Source of the DNA: Tubiluchus corallicola | Taxonomy: Eukaryota > Animalia > Priapulida | Assembly (NCBI GenBank): GCA_030141605.1 | Contig: JAQGDQ010000003.1 | Span: forward strand, 62,001-126,000 | Length of the DNA: 64,000 nt | Direction: 5' to 3' | Shown: one piece after another, positions 1-14,115 of the stretch | Numbering within the stretch: the stretch's first letter is position 1 | How the letters are laid out: every line of letters begins with the position of its first letter | Notes under the pieces: generated by a model | Told to the model about the DNA's origin: nothing | What the model saw: only the letters and a program-made list of their open reading frames with translations | The model's database searches: none | Made by a program: the position numbers and the translations under genes

Positions 1-826
1 GTTAGTGAACCCAACAAACGTCAGTAATAAAGATGTTCATTTTTAAGTGAGCTTTCTTGTGGACTGTTAGTAGGATAAATCGTTTTCATTCAGTCTTCAG
101 AACACTGTGCACTTAAACAAAATGTAAATGATTTTATAAGTGTTAAATCACACCATTTATCGCTTTTGTCAGTTGCTGAAAATCCTAGTTTTCGTAAAGA
201 TATAAAAAGTAACATTACTCATACGTTCGATTTGAAAACTTTTACGCAAATTTTATTGATCCAACATCGGTATTCCAACTATAAAACAGTTTTTGAGTAG
301 TTGACTTTTACCTTGAGTCACCCAACAACGTAGCTGACTACACATTCTATAGTCAGGTGTTGTATGTCATCCAAGTTTCAAGTTTGGGTATCTAGCTACT
401 TACGGCTTTCGAGTTGTAAAACTGTGGTTTTGCTATTATCATGAGCGACTAACCCTTGTAGCTACTACAAACTACTGTAGTATGTCTCCCATCTTGAGAC
501 TGACACTATAAGCTACTTGGGTTGGTTGGCTAACTACTTATGAGCTATAATCTTCTTGTTGTTAGCTGAGCATCATAAAATGTAAAATAAAGACTCAATT
601 TTAGTACTTGACTGATTCTTAAACCACAAAATCATTGCACTAGTGTTCAGGTGTATTTGTAAATAAACACCAAGATCACGCAGTGAATCTTCTGACATAA
701 AATAAATTATAAAGACATACCAAGAAATTACTTACAGCTTTACTTAACACATATCTTACATGGGCGGGATAGGAAGTGTAGTAACAATTTACAGTTTTAA
801 GAATCTGCTGTATGCTGCTGGCTGAA

Positions 827-3800
827 CTACATTCTGTCATCTGACATAGGATTGTCATACGTGGCATCATCTAATGAGACGTTTTTGTTTGTCTGGCACA
901 TTTTCGCATACAAGAAGAATGCCAGCAAGCATAACAATGCAGTCCCTACCACAGCACTAGCAATGGATGCCACAAAAATTGTTCTAGTGAACTGTTTTTC
1001 TGATGGTGTTCGAACTTCGATACACTTGGGGTTGTCGTATGTGTAAGGAGAAATCTCCATGAAAATGCATAGGCTGTAATCTGTATCCGGTTCCAAATCT
1101 TCAAAGCGGTGCTGGTTTGTGTTCCTTAATTGAATATTTGAATAATTAATTTTGCACGGCTGCAACATTTACGTGAATAACAGTAAACTATCTTGATATA
1201 CATAACTATTAGTAAATATCATTATTTACATGTATCAATGGTAAAATATCATTAACTGTTAAGCTGAAATAAATTTTAGGTTCTAGAATTAAAAAATCGT
1301 GTAAAAGAATGATATTTCTGTTTTGCGCTTCATTGGTATCACTCATAGTAGACGTATTGGACTGTGTTTCGCAGGCGTAAATGCGACATGATTTCATAAA
1401 CTGTGTTACCGCTTGGTATGGTTTAGGCCTACTGGCCTACTACTCTAAAGTATCCAATGCCCGTGGGCTTCCATTCACAAAGAACCCTAAACTTGATCCA
1501 TTCTTCGCACGTATTTATACCATAAAGACAAAAAAGGCAAGGAAAGAATACGGCTAGAGCAGTAAAAAATAACAACAAAAGGGTACGTAATAAGACAGCA
1601 AACAAAAACGTTAAACGACAAATAAGGCAAAGACGAAAATGCAATAGGTAAAAAGGTAAGGGTAGAGATAAAAAATAATAAATAAACGAAGAGAAATTGA
1701 TGGGTAAAAAGGCAAATGCAGAAAAGCAATTAGTAAAAATGCCATAGATAAAAACACAAACGATATTAATTATATGTTTGAGGGCGATTGAATGCAATAA
1801 CGCTTTCAACAGCACAGTTCTGAAAAATGTTTTAAAAGAGCTAGTAAATTCTAATGGAAACTTACCTGCTCAAAATGGCGTCTAAAATTATCGTTTCTTC
1901 TTCGTCTGGTGTCGCTGCGCTTATGTGACTGAAAAAAATCCTGTTGTTTTATATGTGCTTGTTAAAAAACGATAGAAATTGCTGTAAAAGGATTTTCCAT
2001 CACCAACCGGAAGCAAAACTCGTTGTGTTTATCAGTTTAATCCCACTCTAATTATTTTAGAAACTCACATTACGTAAATGTCTTGCTAGTTTCATTTAAT
2101 TACTCTTTAAAGGAAAACAGGATGATTTTTCATATCACCTCCCATTTTGAAATACGGTAAAAAGTATACATTTTAACACCTATAATAATGCCACAGCGTT
2201 TCTGGTAATTAAATCATAGGCTAAAAGCTTAATCAACGGCAGGCCAGCCCAACTAGTGATGAAATCACAAATGAACATAATTTTCAACAGCACAAATATT
2301 CCATGAGCGTATTGAATGTGTTTACAAAAGCGAAAATTGAAGTACATCACTACTGTACAACCTTCAGTGTGATATTCAAAAACTCGGAAAATGTTAAGTT
2401 TTAAATTCACATTTCAAGTTTATCGCTACATTCGCAGATAAGCTCTCGAACGTGTGCACTACGTCACAGCCGAACACCTCAGAGCTGAAAGCTACGGGAC
2501 CTTGTTTTTTGTGCAACGCATTTCAGAGACGTAGGCGCTAGTGTCCGTCTAACTAGCGAATGACTAAATGCATGTAACCATGAAGAACTAGCCACGCGAA
2601 CGCAAATTTGCGTTCTGTGGTAATAATTCTTTCATGTAAGTCATTCTTGAACAAATGTATACTCCCTTTCAATACTTTATAGAGTAGATTGTTTTGAGCT
2701 ATAGTTTAAGATAGGGTCTGGTTTTCCTTTAGTATTTAATTCAAGTTCTGAACGTTCTGAGATCATTTTACAAGCACTACACTGAGTTCTGACGAATTTG
2801 CTTCATGCTGTGTTTTTAAATCATAAACTCTAGCGGTTTTCATTTTTGGAAACTCAATACAACTGAGACAGTCTACAAAATAAATGGTCAGTAAAATAAT
2901 ATGCATTTGTAAAGTATTAATTTGATGATACAAATAATTAACGGCTTATCTCTTATACGTTGCTAAGAAGCCTGTTGAATTCACGCCATCGCTAACGTCC
3001 CAGCTCAAGTCAGCTTCGTGTCGAGAAAGGGAGACCACCTTCACATTTATGTCAGCTGATTCTGCATCACATCTGGTGTCCCATGGAACAATGATACCTT
3101 TAAAAATACACACATCTATGCAGAGAAAAGTTTTTCTAGCCTGCATTTACCCAAGCTTAAGCATAGTCATGTATGATATACAGTGATATGCATCTTGCAC
3201 GTGATTTGTAAATTTCTTAATTACTTCGCCTTCTTTTTAAAATATTTTTTCATAATTTCAATAGTATTAATTTTGCTATGTCCTGTATTTTTATGTGGTC
3301 GCAGTTGCTGAAATAAATTTAAAATTAAACGTAAAAACTTAAACATGCTATTTGTAATTTGTAATTTATTGTCCATTTCAGCATAATTGTAATTTACATC
3401 ATCACATTATAACTGTTACACATTAAATCAATTGTAGTTACAATAATTGTAAAACAACTATATTAATATTGTTACTAACTACATAATAGTTTATCAACAG
3501 GAAATAAATGCTGCATTGTGGTCAGGAAGCAAAGCTTGTGAGACCACCACGAAAAGTGGAAAGATAAATAATAATAAATAAAATAAAAAATGCTAGTATA
3601 TACAGGGCATCAAGAAATTATTGTCTTCCTTATATGGAAAAAAACGAAAAGAAAAGATAAAATGACAAAACCAAGAGGTAAACATTAAATTTGGAACATA
3701 TTGGGTTTTTATATGAAAATATAAGTATATGCTCCTTCCTATCAAACAAAGCCGCAAACACAGGTTTTACGCTTTTGAGGTCTTTGTTAAGAATTTTATT

Positions 3801-6800
3801 GTCAGAATTTCGACTTACTCTCAACTCATCACCCAGACGATCCGAAGAATTTATAAAACTGCCTTTGCTGTACGGCTATTAATGATAAAATTCAATAAAT
3901 ATAAAAAACTGTAGTGCACTATAATTTTTAAAGATGTTCGCAATAGTTAAAAATTCCATACAATATAAAATAGCTAAAGGGTTAGGCTGTAATAAAGGGC
4001 ATTAACTAAATAAAGAGTTATTAACAAATTTTAAATAAAATGAACTTTTTAAAATGAATTTATTTTACCATAATTGTTACCTAATATTTAAAAATCAAAT
4101 TAAAATAAAATAGAAAATTATAAATTAAAAATAGAATAACACTCACATAAAGCTAACAGAGTAAGCCAAGAGGTTTAACATTTTATAAAGCTTTCTCTAC
4201 AATCACAATATTAATAAAATCATGGTAAAATAGTAAAGCATATAATTATCTGCTTCTGACAACTTTTAAGTTTAGCTGGTTTGTCATTTATTGATATCCT
4301 AGAAAGACCGAGAAAGAGCAATGAGATGGCAACACAATTAGGCATAGTTCTTGAAGGACAGTTAAAAGGATATTATAATTATGTTTAGTACTGAGGTTGG
4401 AAGGTGTTGATACTTGAGTCCAGACTAACGAGCTTTCTCACCAAGTTAAGTGGCCAAAAAAATCGCAAGCGTGTTCAGGCCAGAGTGCAAAAATTGCTGT
4501 GAGTTACTCTTTCACAGTAAGCGCGAGTTTACACTCACTTCTCTATTAACTACAAGAAGTGTTGAGAGTAACTCGCTGAGGCGTTCACACTAGACGATCA
4601 ACTCGCAGCAACTGTCGTAGAGTTTGCCATTTCTTGCTGACGTAACCCAAGCAGTTCACACTTGCGAGTTTGCTGTCGGAGAAAAAACTCGCAACAGGAA
4701 ACGCGCTGTCTGAACTTTCCATTAAGCTTTGTTGCAAAAATGGTGCCGCGACAGCGGCCTGCCCCGCTGAAACTTAAACTGCTAATAGAAGTTATTAGCG
4801 AACAACGTGATTCCAATGTGCGACAGCTTGTTAAAGCCTAAAACTGCAGTTTCTGAAAATTGTGTGGTAACTTAACGACTTACATGAAGCGACAACATTG
4901 AAATGTCACTAATCTCCTGTTTATTAATAATTTTCCATTGCTTCATTATTGTACCTTTATTGCAATTCAACTGGCCAGGTTCGAGTTCAAACAAAAATAA
5001 TCCAGCGACGTCATTCGGTGTAGCGCATGCACCGTTTAGAGTGTGTATGTCAGATGAATGGGTAACCCAGTCCAAACTACAGTCACAGTGAAGTTTATTG
5101 CCTGAAAGAAAATATAAGAGAATCGGGACACAACCTGGAGTTGCACCAGAGACATTTCGCTTAAAAGTCATAGCCACTAGACTATGCCGTGTTCATGATA
5201 AGTTCCAATTCTGCCAAGTTTACCAGCCATGACAAACAATTTTAAATACTGTGCTGTTTGGTTGCTGAACCACGTACGATTCTGACACATTTAATAACAA
5301 ATCTCTCAAACATTCCATGCGTGGGAGTGACTCTACCAATCTTATTAATATACGGTAATGTACAACGTACAATGAAAGATAATTAGCTGTTAAAAGTAAG
5401 TGCCAACAATTGATCCGTGAAACAGTGGGTTCAGCTGCAAATTCAACCATGTAGCTCTAACAGATTTTTTTTTGTTTGGTCCACGGCTTGAACTGAGCTG
5501 GGGTAACTCATCATAGTTTTGACAAGAAATGTGAAACGTTGATTAACTATACGGCTATAAACGAAAACTATCAACACTACTCCTCGTAGTTTTATAATTT
5601 AAAAGAAATCAATACCGCTCAGCGACAAGATGGTTGGGAACATAGTTCCATCAGAAAAAACGTTCCTGACAAAAAACTGCAAGTTATTATTATCAAGTTG
5701 AAGAGTGAAGAGCTGCGCTTCTCTGCTGAGAGCATTTGGACAAACAAACTCAATATCGTTATTCTGTAGCTTCAGGGTTCTAAGATGATGCATGTTTCCA
5801 AATGCGCCTTGTTTCACTATCTGGAAGAAGAAACCGTAATGTCTGTAAGCATTCATTCAATAGGGTTCCAATAAACCTAACACCGGGTATCTCCTATCTG
5901 ATATAGTTTCCATGAATTTAGGCGCTTTAAACAAAAACTGTCCTTTATTACAAAGTAATCTTTGCCAACCTAACTAACTGTCTAGCAAAACTCATTAAAA
6001 CCTATTTTAATTAAATGGAATGTCGCTTCTGTGAAAAGAATACATTATCACCGAAAATGCAAAATCGTCTACTTTGTGAAATACTGCTGCCACTCTCATT
6101 GTCACTCAGTGGTAAGAGACCAATTGAATCACTTCTAAGATATAAATTGGTCTGGAAAATAAAAATATACGCCATTTGACGTGTAATGGAACCAAGATTC
6201 TAATGAAGCAATACCAATTAAGGACATGTTAATGCTTTGTAAAAGAAAGAGCAAGACAGTCAGTATTGTGTTGAATACTCACTTTTAAAGAATTACTGCT
6301 CAAGTCTATGTATGTCAAGCCTTTGGCACTTGAAAGCGCTACAAGTAAATCGTCTTTTAGTGCATTGTTCTCAAGCTCCAAGTGCTCTAGCATCTTTTCT
6401 GCATCGTTAAATGATTGAAGCTCCAGAGCGGTTATCTGAAAATTTTCAGGTAAATTTAAACGTTGCTTAAAAATAATTATTGCAAATTTGATTACATCAA
6501 ACTTACGAAATAATATTTTTATACTGTGTGACAACAACAATAACAATAACAATAATAATAATATGCACAGTTTTGTTTGCCTGTGTGTTGATGTTATGTT
6601 TTTATCACATATTGCAGATACATAGTAACTAATTTCACTAATAGCATATGACCAGTTCTGCGTAATTGTGTCGTACTTTTCTTGTAAATTAGCGACATAA
6701 TCAGCCCTGGAATAATCATTAAGCAAAACAAGCACGTGTTTAGGGCTTCAGGGTTTTTCAAATCGACTACTTTTCACAAAAGTAAAATGTACCGGAATAT

Positions 6801-9800
6801 GTGTGGCGGTTTCTGTGTTTGTTTACAGTATGTTGGTAAGGTGAGCATCGAGATTCTGACAGCTGAACAACCTGAACCGCTCACTACATATGTGATTTTA
6901 ATCTAATATCACTTTTTTATGCAATATAAAGCTGAAGCCGCAGTATTTAAGGTAAATGCTGTAAGTTGTTTCATTTCGAAATTTAGTTTTGTTTTTGTTC
7001 TGAATTACACAAATATGAGGGTACCATAATCGTTTCAGTTTTTAGGGTCTTTTGAGGTCTTTATGCTGCCCTGAATATAATAGCAAAATTCTACTACATA
7101 TATCAGCAAAGTAACACACGCTAGGAATATGCCTCCTCCCGACTTTTTCTTTTCGCATTTGAATTTTTAAATTTCGTATTTCGAAAATTACATTTCGCTG
7201 TAGTAGGATAAAATTATGTACACGCTACAATAAGCTGAACAGAAAATAAAACACTGAAGCGCGCGCGTAACATAGAGTGGATATTGTCTACTAGAAAAAT
7301 ATTGCCTCTAACTTACCTGGTTATTTTGTAGTTCAAGGGTTTTCAGGTTTTCCAACCCCTTTAACGCATTTTTGCGCAAGCTGCCAGAAATTTTATTATT
7401 ACTGAGTTTCAAAATTTCCAAGTTAGTCATTCCTTCAAATAAAGCTGAAATTTAAATAACTGTTTTAGTAACATTGTTTTATACGACATAGTAGGTCCAG
7501 CAGAACCAGACTAAAAACGTGTTGGAGACTTGGAGTGAACGAAGAAAAATATCTGCTCAGTGTTGATACCTCCTTAGAAGTTGAATGACAGACAGTGTCA
7601 TGTTCGTGGATTTAGTTCCTTGTTGTCAATACGTCCTTGATGCGCACAGTAGTAGGTTAAAATGTCGTACCAAACATGGCTATATAATTTTGCTGCGTAC
7701 CTTTTACTAATGTATAAATTTTTGTGCCTAGTAAATAATAAAAAATAGCAAATTTTCTGAAGCAATGAAGGGAAACGTATTAACAATAGTTTACCGAATT
7801 GTGTACTTACAAACGGTTGTTACGGTAGGAAAATTTTTTGCAAACGTTTGAGTCTTCTTAATTAACGCTCACAGAAAAACGGTCATCGGTCATTCACGTA
7901 GTATTTATGCAACATGCCAAAAACTACTTTTGATAATATGCATGCTGTCAAAATATGCCCTTGCAAATGACTTTCAGCAGCTTGAGTGAGCAAGGTAGCA
8001 CAAACTTTTGTTTAATTTTCTTTTCATTTTTTAATAATTTAATCCCCCGTTCCCACTCTTTAGATATGCACTATAACTATGACTGTAACAATTACAAATA
8101 TTACACCATACTTGAAAAATATGTCTACTGCTTTATCATTTTACGTCATTGCAATCTTCATGAATGCAGCATAACAAATGCCTGATTGTATTTTCTCATC
8201 TAACCTTTTTCTCCCTAGTTTATAGTGTAGTTACCTGGAGTTATTTCTGTGATGAGGTTGTCCTGCAGGTAAAGAGAGTGGAGACTGATTAACCCTCTGA
8301 AGGTGCCGATAGGCAAATTCTTTATTCCGCTATTGTATAGGTAAAGAAACCGCAATTTTTCCATTGTAGAAAAAATGTCTTCTTTTACTGAAAAACGATG
8401 TAGCAGATCTATATTACAACGTATGTAACATTATTTAAAGTTTTGTAATTTTGAAATGCGTTTGCCTACATATTGTATAACTTTAACATTTTAAATAAAA
8501 TAGATAATGTAAGATATTTCGTTTATAGTTATCTTTCATTTTACATTATAAGAGGTAACGATGACTTTTACCTAATTCGTAAATTTCATACTTTTTTCTT
8601 TTAGAAATTAGTTTTTCATTATTTTATTTAACTCATTGACTTCCAGTATTAATAATTTTCTTAAACGACAATATCCATGCAGCTGTAATACTTTGCGTGT
8701 TTAAAACGTGCTTCCAATTACTCTGGCGCATCAGCCCAGAAAAATCCAGTATAAGATGCGCAAAAAGATGCGAACACGAACAAAAATGAAATTGCTTGTA
8801 CATTACCGTCTTACTGGGTGCGCGTCACCCAATAAAGTATTAACGACATTTTATTGAATACTTAGAAAAATATGAAGCCGAAATTTTATTTGCATCATCT
8901 CACATTCAATGCCTGCGTTGTCTGCCAGTTGAAAGTAAGTCAAGGCCACGAGATGATCAAAAATCCCATTTGGCAAAGAGGATATGTTGTTGCCAAGCAT
9001 ATAGAGAAATTCAACGTTGAGGAGGTCATCAAGAGACCCAGCAGCAAGCTCTGAAATCTGGTTGTAACCTAGGTGAAGCCAGGTAAGATTTGAAAGCCCG
9101 CGAAAAAGTTGAGCTGGCAAAGCCGAAATTCGGTTTCCTTCCAAGTTTAAATAGGTCAGCTGAAAAGACGATAATTTATTATTTGACCTTTTATTTTGAG
9201 CTTTCATTTATTATAACATTTCTGCATACGAAGCTTGCCAATAAACTACGGGGGTAGAGCGAAATATCATTATCTGTTAAAATATTGAGAAATTATCATT
9301 TTCATGATGGTGAAGAGAGTCACTAAACGAGGTCGATAGTTTAAGGTCGTCGGGACGGCAATAACATTAACATTTTTGGACAACCTGACAAAACCCTCGA
9401 ACCTGATCAGCGTGAGTGTCAAAGAAAAGCGTATAGTACAAGTAAAGAAAGGTCGACGTTTTAAGAAACGTAAGAAAGTGACATTACAATAATTTGAAAA
9501 CGTCCTATAGATCTTACTTTGGTCAGAATGTTAGAAATGTTGTATTCTACCAGCAATAAAAAACTGCCAGTAACATTATTATTATTATTATTACTATTAT
9601 TATCATCATCATCATCGTCATCATCAGCATCATCATCATCATCATCATTATGAGTTTATTTCACATAAAAATATACAGTTTACAAAGATAACAGGATGTT
9701 GGTAAAACAGGTAATGGGATGTTAGCAAAGTAACATATCTACATAAATTCAACTTTGTGGTATCCACTCATTTCAGTACTTTTGTAATTATACTGTATTA

Positions 9801-10888
9801 CAATATACGGTGTAGCAAAAATCTATAACCGGTATCTTAAAACATAATCTTTAAATGAGTTATTTACCTTTAACTTTACATTTTCGTTTAGATCTATAGT
9901 ACAACCATATTTAAATTTCCTTGACTGTTATTTACATAGTAGCATAGCTTTGGAATTCTCAATTTGCAAGACTTTGCAACTTTTCTCACAAAATTTAATT
10001 TTCGTCTATCTATTAAATAATTCGCAGGTATTGTGCCACAAAAATACATTAACAATTTTCATGTTGTCTAAAACTGAATATTTTCTATGAGCAGTGTACA
10101 TTTTACCCTAACAGCAGTAACTTCATTGTTTCATATACCCCCAATTTCGCATCCGTATAACAAAATTGGTAGACAATATGCATTGATCAGAGTCTTTGCT
10201 ACTATATCATTACGATTATGGCCCATACTTGAGAGAATATTATTCACGGAACCAATAAATTTCCTTTTTAACCTTGAAATATCAATAGAAAATCACATGT
10301 CAAAATATCACAACCCAAATACTTTAACTATTGTACTATATTCAAAATTTTAGTTGTCGTTTGCATTTAAAGCTCTTTTAACCAACTAGCATGCGCTGTA
10401 AAAAGCAATTAGGATCACCAGTGACCCAACAGTAATTAACACAAATTTTTATAAGGTTAAGTATGCAATACGTGCCTACAACAAATCGAAGCAAATTCAA
10501 ATAAATTCCAGCTTTTATAAAATGGAAAAATCTTTAACGATACCTCTTCGATTCCGTTAAAAGACTGTGAAAATAGCGTTTCCAAGCTATTATCTTGTAT
10601 GTACATTTGCGAAATACTTAAACTTTCAAAAGCTCTTTCGGGGATGTTAACAATGTCACACTTCTGGATGGTAATCGTTCGTATCGTCATGTTTTCATCC
10701 TGTAACATCGAGATGCTGTCAAATATGGCAGAATCAGATTCACTGCATGTAACTTCTAACTGTTCATTATTTATTCTACACGTACATGGAAGAAAACTTT
10801 CCTCATCCGGACAAGCGATCGTTCCGGCAAACAAACACAGTCCTAATAAGAGACCAACTTGAAAACCACGTTTAAACTCTTTTTCCAT
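827..10888 (-). CDS. LRR-FN3 single-pass transmembrane receptor A (about 624-627 aa, 10 coding exons)
   Basis: Phase-consistent exons: 10544-10888, 8904-9159, 8235-8387, 7317-7444, 6283-6435, 5616-5820, 4955-5101, 2950(or 2959)-3097, 1866-1881, 827-1159. Domains: signal peptide (GLLLGLCLFAGTIA), LRRNT (CPDEESFLPCTC), about 14-15 LRRs, LRRCT (GNKLHCDC..GACATP..LNC), FN3 (LSWD..DLEPDTDYSLCI), TM (IFVASIASAVVGTALLCLLAFFLY), tail ending YDNPMSDDRM. A 5'UTR intron is likely (acceptor near 10896, donor near 11505). Confidence 0.85.
9577..10430 (-). mobile_element. 5'-truncated, degraded non-LTR retrotransposon (LINE) in coding intron 1 of receptor A
   Basis: The minus strand reads ISRLKRKFIGSVNNILSSMGHNRNDIVAKTLINAYCLPILLYGCEIG (about 10140-10280), which resembles the post-RT LxYGxE motif region of LINEs. 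Downstream is AATAAA followed directly by a (GAT/AAT)n microsatellite tail at about 9577-9650. Confidence 0.7.
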
Positions 10889-13183
10889 TATTTACCTGAA
10901 ATAGTGAAACACGTTTCTAAGCAAAATTGAATAAAAAACATAATCTTCGCCTTACTGCAGAAAATACACGCATTTTAGACTAGAATTATAACGCAAAAAA
11001 ACCAACACAGTTATTTAGGACATTTGTTTTTGCTATTTCTCGACAATTTTTGCTGTTTATTAACCAATTTAAACACAAAGAAAACATAAATTGCTATATT
11101 ATACTTAATGAAATATGGGTAAAGGATTATTTCTTAAACTTTACCATTACCATAAATTTCCAGACATTATTAAAATGCCCAAAAAATAACTTGACAAATT
11201 ACTTAACTTGATGCTTAAGGACGTTTTTCCCTTTTATCGTTTTTCCCACAGACAAACTGCGGAATGGAGAATTTAGACAAAACAGATTCTAACATATACA
11301 AAAATGCTGAATTTCAATAAGAAATATATAAGTTTAAGATGCAGTTCAATTTATACAACACTGATTTCTTTCAATTCGATGTAATATTTGATTTAATCCT
11401 ATTTAATCCTATTCACTTTCAGTTTTTGTCTACATATTGCTTTATAAAATAAAGTTAAAATTAAAGTTTTAAACGCGCTTATCTACATTTCATTTGTTTA
11501 ACTTACCTGAAGTTAAGGCATTTAAAGCCAGGTATGCACAAGAAAGTTATTATCTAAACTGGTGGGCGTTTTACTGCGCAAACGTGACACGTACATATGC
11601 CACAAAGTTGAATATATAGAGCTAATAGTTATAGAGCAACTTATGTATTAGATATTTCTAATTAAATGATTTCTGTTGACAAGGTGTTTTGACAAGTTCA
11701 CAAACATATGGTAGACAATTTTTCTTTGCAACAATAATTAAGATCACATATTATCAGCCACTATCGAATACTTAGTGTCGGTCCAAGATCAAAACCACAT
11801 AACTTGATTAATGATGGACGTAATCTAATCGGCAGCCGGCTTATATAGAGCTTAACTAGATTTTTGCAAGCATGGTATAATAAAATAAAATAATATTTAT
11901 CCTTAAAACAAGTTTGAACTAATGAACTGTATGTCTCACAGTCTCTTGTCGTAAGTTGTGCTAGTTAGTACGCCAAATTTTGTAACTTGCTAATAACTAA
12001 AACAAAATTTGAAAGTTTTTTCAAAGTCAGCCAAGTGAATATTGGACGAGAGACGACATGAAATCAAACAGAAACTAGACACAACCTAAGCAAGGTCAAA
12101 AATCTAAATCGATAAATAATGTTAAACAATTTAACTTTGTTAAATACACCAAAAATAACGGCAATGGCTTCTTCTGTGTATTGCAGCAATTTCGAATGCT
12201 GTCCTTAAGTTTAAAAGTTACGTAGAGATTCCACAACCAAACAGGACCTCTGCGCATGTATTTAATAAAATGTATAAGTTTAAGTTGGCGAGCAGGAAAA
12301 AAGGTATGAGAAGACTAATGATATTCATTAGTAAATGCCGTCGACCGCCGAATTCCCAAATGTTTGCCTTTCAAAAAGCTCCAAAAGTCCAAATTTTTGA
12401 TTACGTGGGCCTGGAAATGTTGAATAGTTGGTTAGCGTTTTGCCAACTATATAAGTCGGGTTTATTTAATATTTAATGGGTGTCACCGACTTATTATGCT
12501 AGGCAAGATTATTGTCATCATCAGATCATCATTATTACTATTATTAGATAATTTTTAATGCTATAGGCCTATTCTTAAATTTAAATGGAATTTGATTTGG
12601 TAAACCAACTTTGGAGTTTTACCCTTGAGTATTTTTTTGCCCGAATTGTAGTTTTTTAAAATCATATTCATACGTCATATATCATAAACTGTAATTATTT
12701 ATCCTAACTATTCATTGAACCTGGAAGGTATTATAAAACAGTGATTTGTAAATCTAATGTTAACTGATTATTTTACTGTCGCCAAACTTATGGCCCACAG
12801 CGATATATAAGAAAGGGCTATGATGGGACATTGTACAAGAAACTGGCATTTCAGGAGAGAAAAACAAGCCTTGTTTGTTAGTAATTTTTTAATTAAGCAG
12901 AAACATGAAAAGTCGTTCACCACGGCCAAAAAGTCCAAAGTGGGTCGAGTGCAAAGTGAGCAAAGTTATTCCGCAAAATATCAACGATAACAATTGAATG
13001 GGGGATTCATCTAACGTTATGCTGTAATAGTTTCATTGTCATCATCCACATTATGATCGTTATTATCGCATCATCATCATCATCGTAATCATCAGTATCA
13101 TCATCATCAGCATCATCATCATCACCCGGTGATCAATTTTTGTTATAAAATTCGTCATTTATACTTCGGACTGTATTGATCAC

Positions 13184-13262
13184 AGTAGGGTACGGTGACT
13201 TGGTAATTCAAGATGCCTGCTTTGTAATCAGAAGATACCTAGTTCAAATCCAGATTGTATTT
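13184..13262 (+). mobile_element. Possible degenerate tRNA-derived SINE head
   Basis: B-box-like GTTCAAATCC at 13242-13251 with an A-box-like TGACTTGGTAA about 45 bp upstream. No intact cloverleaf. Confidence 0.3.
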
Positions 13263-13989
13263 CAACTTTTTCACATTTCAAATATTTCGAATTTGATATT
13301 ATATCAAAACTTAATCAATTGCGTTTTTAGATTATGATTAATCATCATCATCATGACGTTATGTTGTGATGCCATATGTTAATAATCATGCTGATATTAA
13401 GATTATAACAATTAGTTGAAATCTGTTGCATTTACATAAAGAAATGCAGCACTCGTTGAAGCTGTACAAAACATGAACAAGGAAGTTATCGCCATAAACG
13501 TGACTTGGCAGATATTTCTATCTGTTCAAAGAGCGCATACGTTCTGAACAAATAATAAGGGCAATTGGCGTAACTTACTGATTTAATATCATTTAACGTT
13601 ATTTATAAAGAACTTTGGCCTGGGTGTAGAAGAATGATAAATGATATATGGGTACTGATTAGTTGTACATGTATGGAATTTTCTGCTACCACTAAAATTC
13701 CTATTCGACCAAAGCATGGTAAGAATTTTTAACGAATTTTCTATTTGAAGCTATTTTATTTTGTTTGGTAATTTTTATTATCTTTATTATGTTTTATTGC
13801 CAGTGGTTTTAAAACTCACGTTATAGTTATGTATAAAGAAAAAATAGTTTAGTCTAGCATAATCTGGTAATAATTTAAACTATTAATAGCCAAGTAAAGC
13901 CAGATAAAAAGTTTGCGGTAAAATCGAGCAAGATCTAGCGCAACATAATCGGACCCTTATAGTGCAAACAACAATGGCAATGTAATCGT

Positions 13990-13990
13990 T

Positions 13991-14039
<49 letters not shown>

Positions 14040-14115
14040 GCATCATCATCATCATGATCATCATCATCATCATCACACACACACACACAACACACACACC
14101 ACACACACACACACC
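13990..14115. repeat. (CAT)n + (CA)n compound microsatellite
   Basis: Seen directly; explains the poly-Asp ORF 13883-14161. Confidence 0.95.

Noticed and set aside
1429-1815. 128-aa hydrophobic ORF on the minus strand
   Set aside because: T-rich low-complexity intron sequence of receptor A; not needed for the spliced frame and has no motif.
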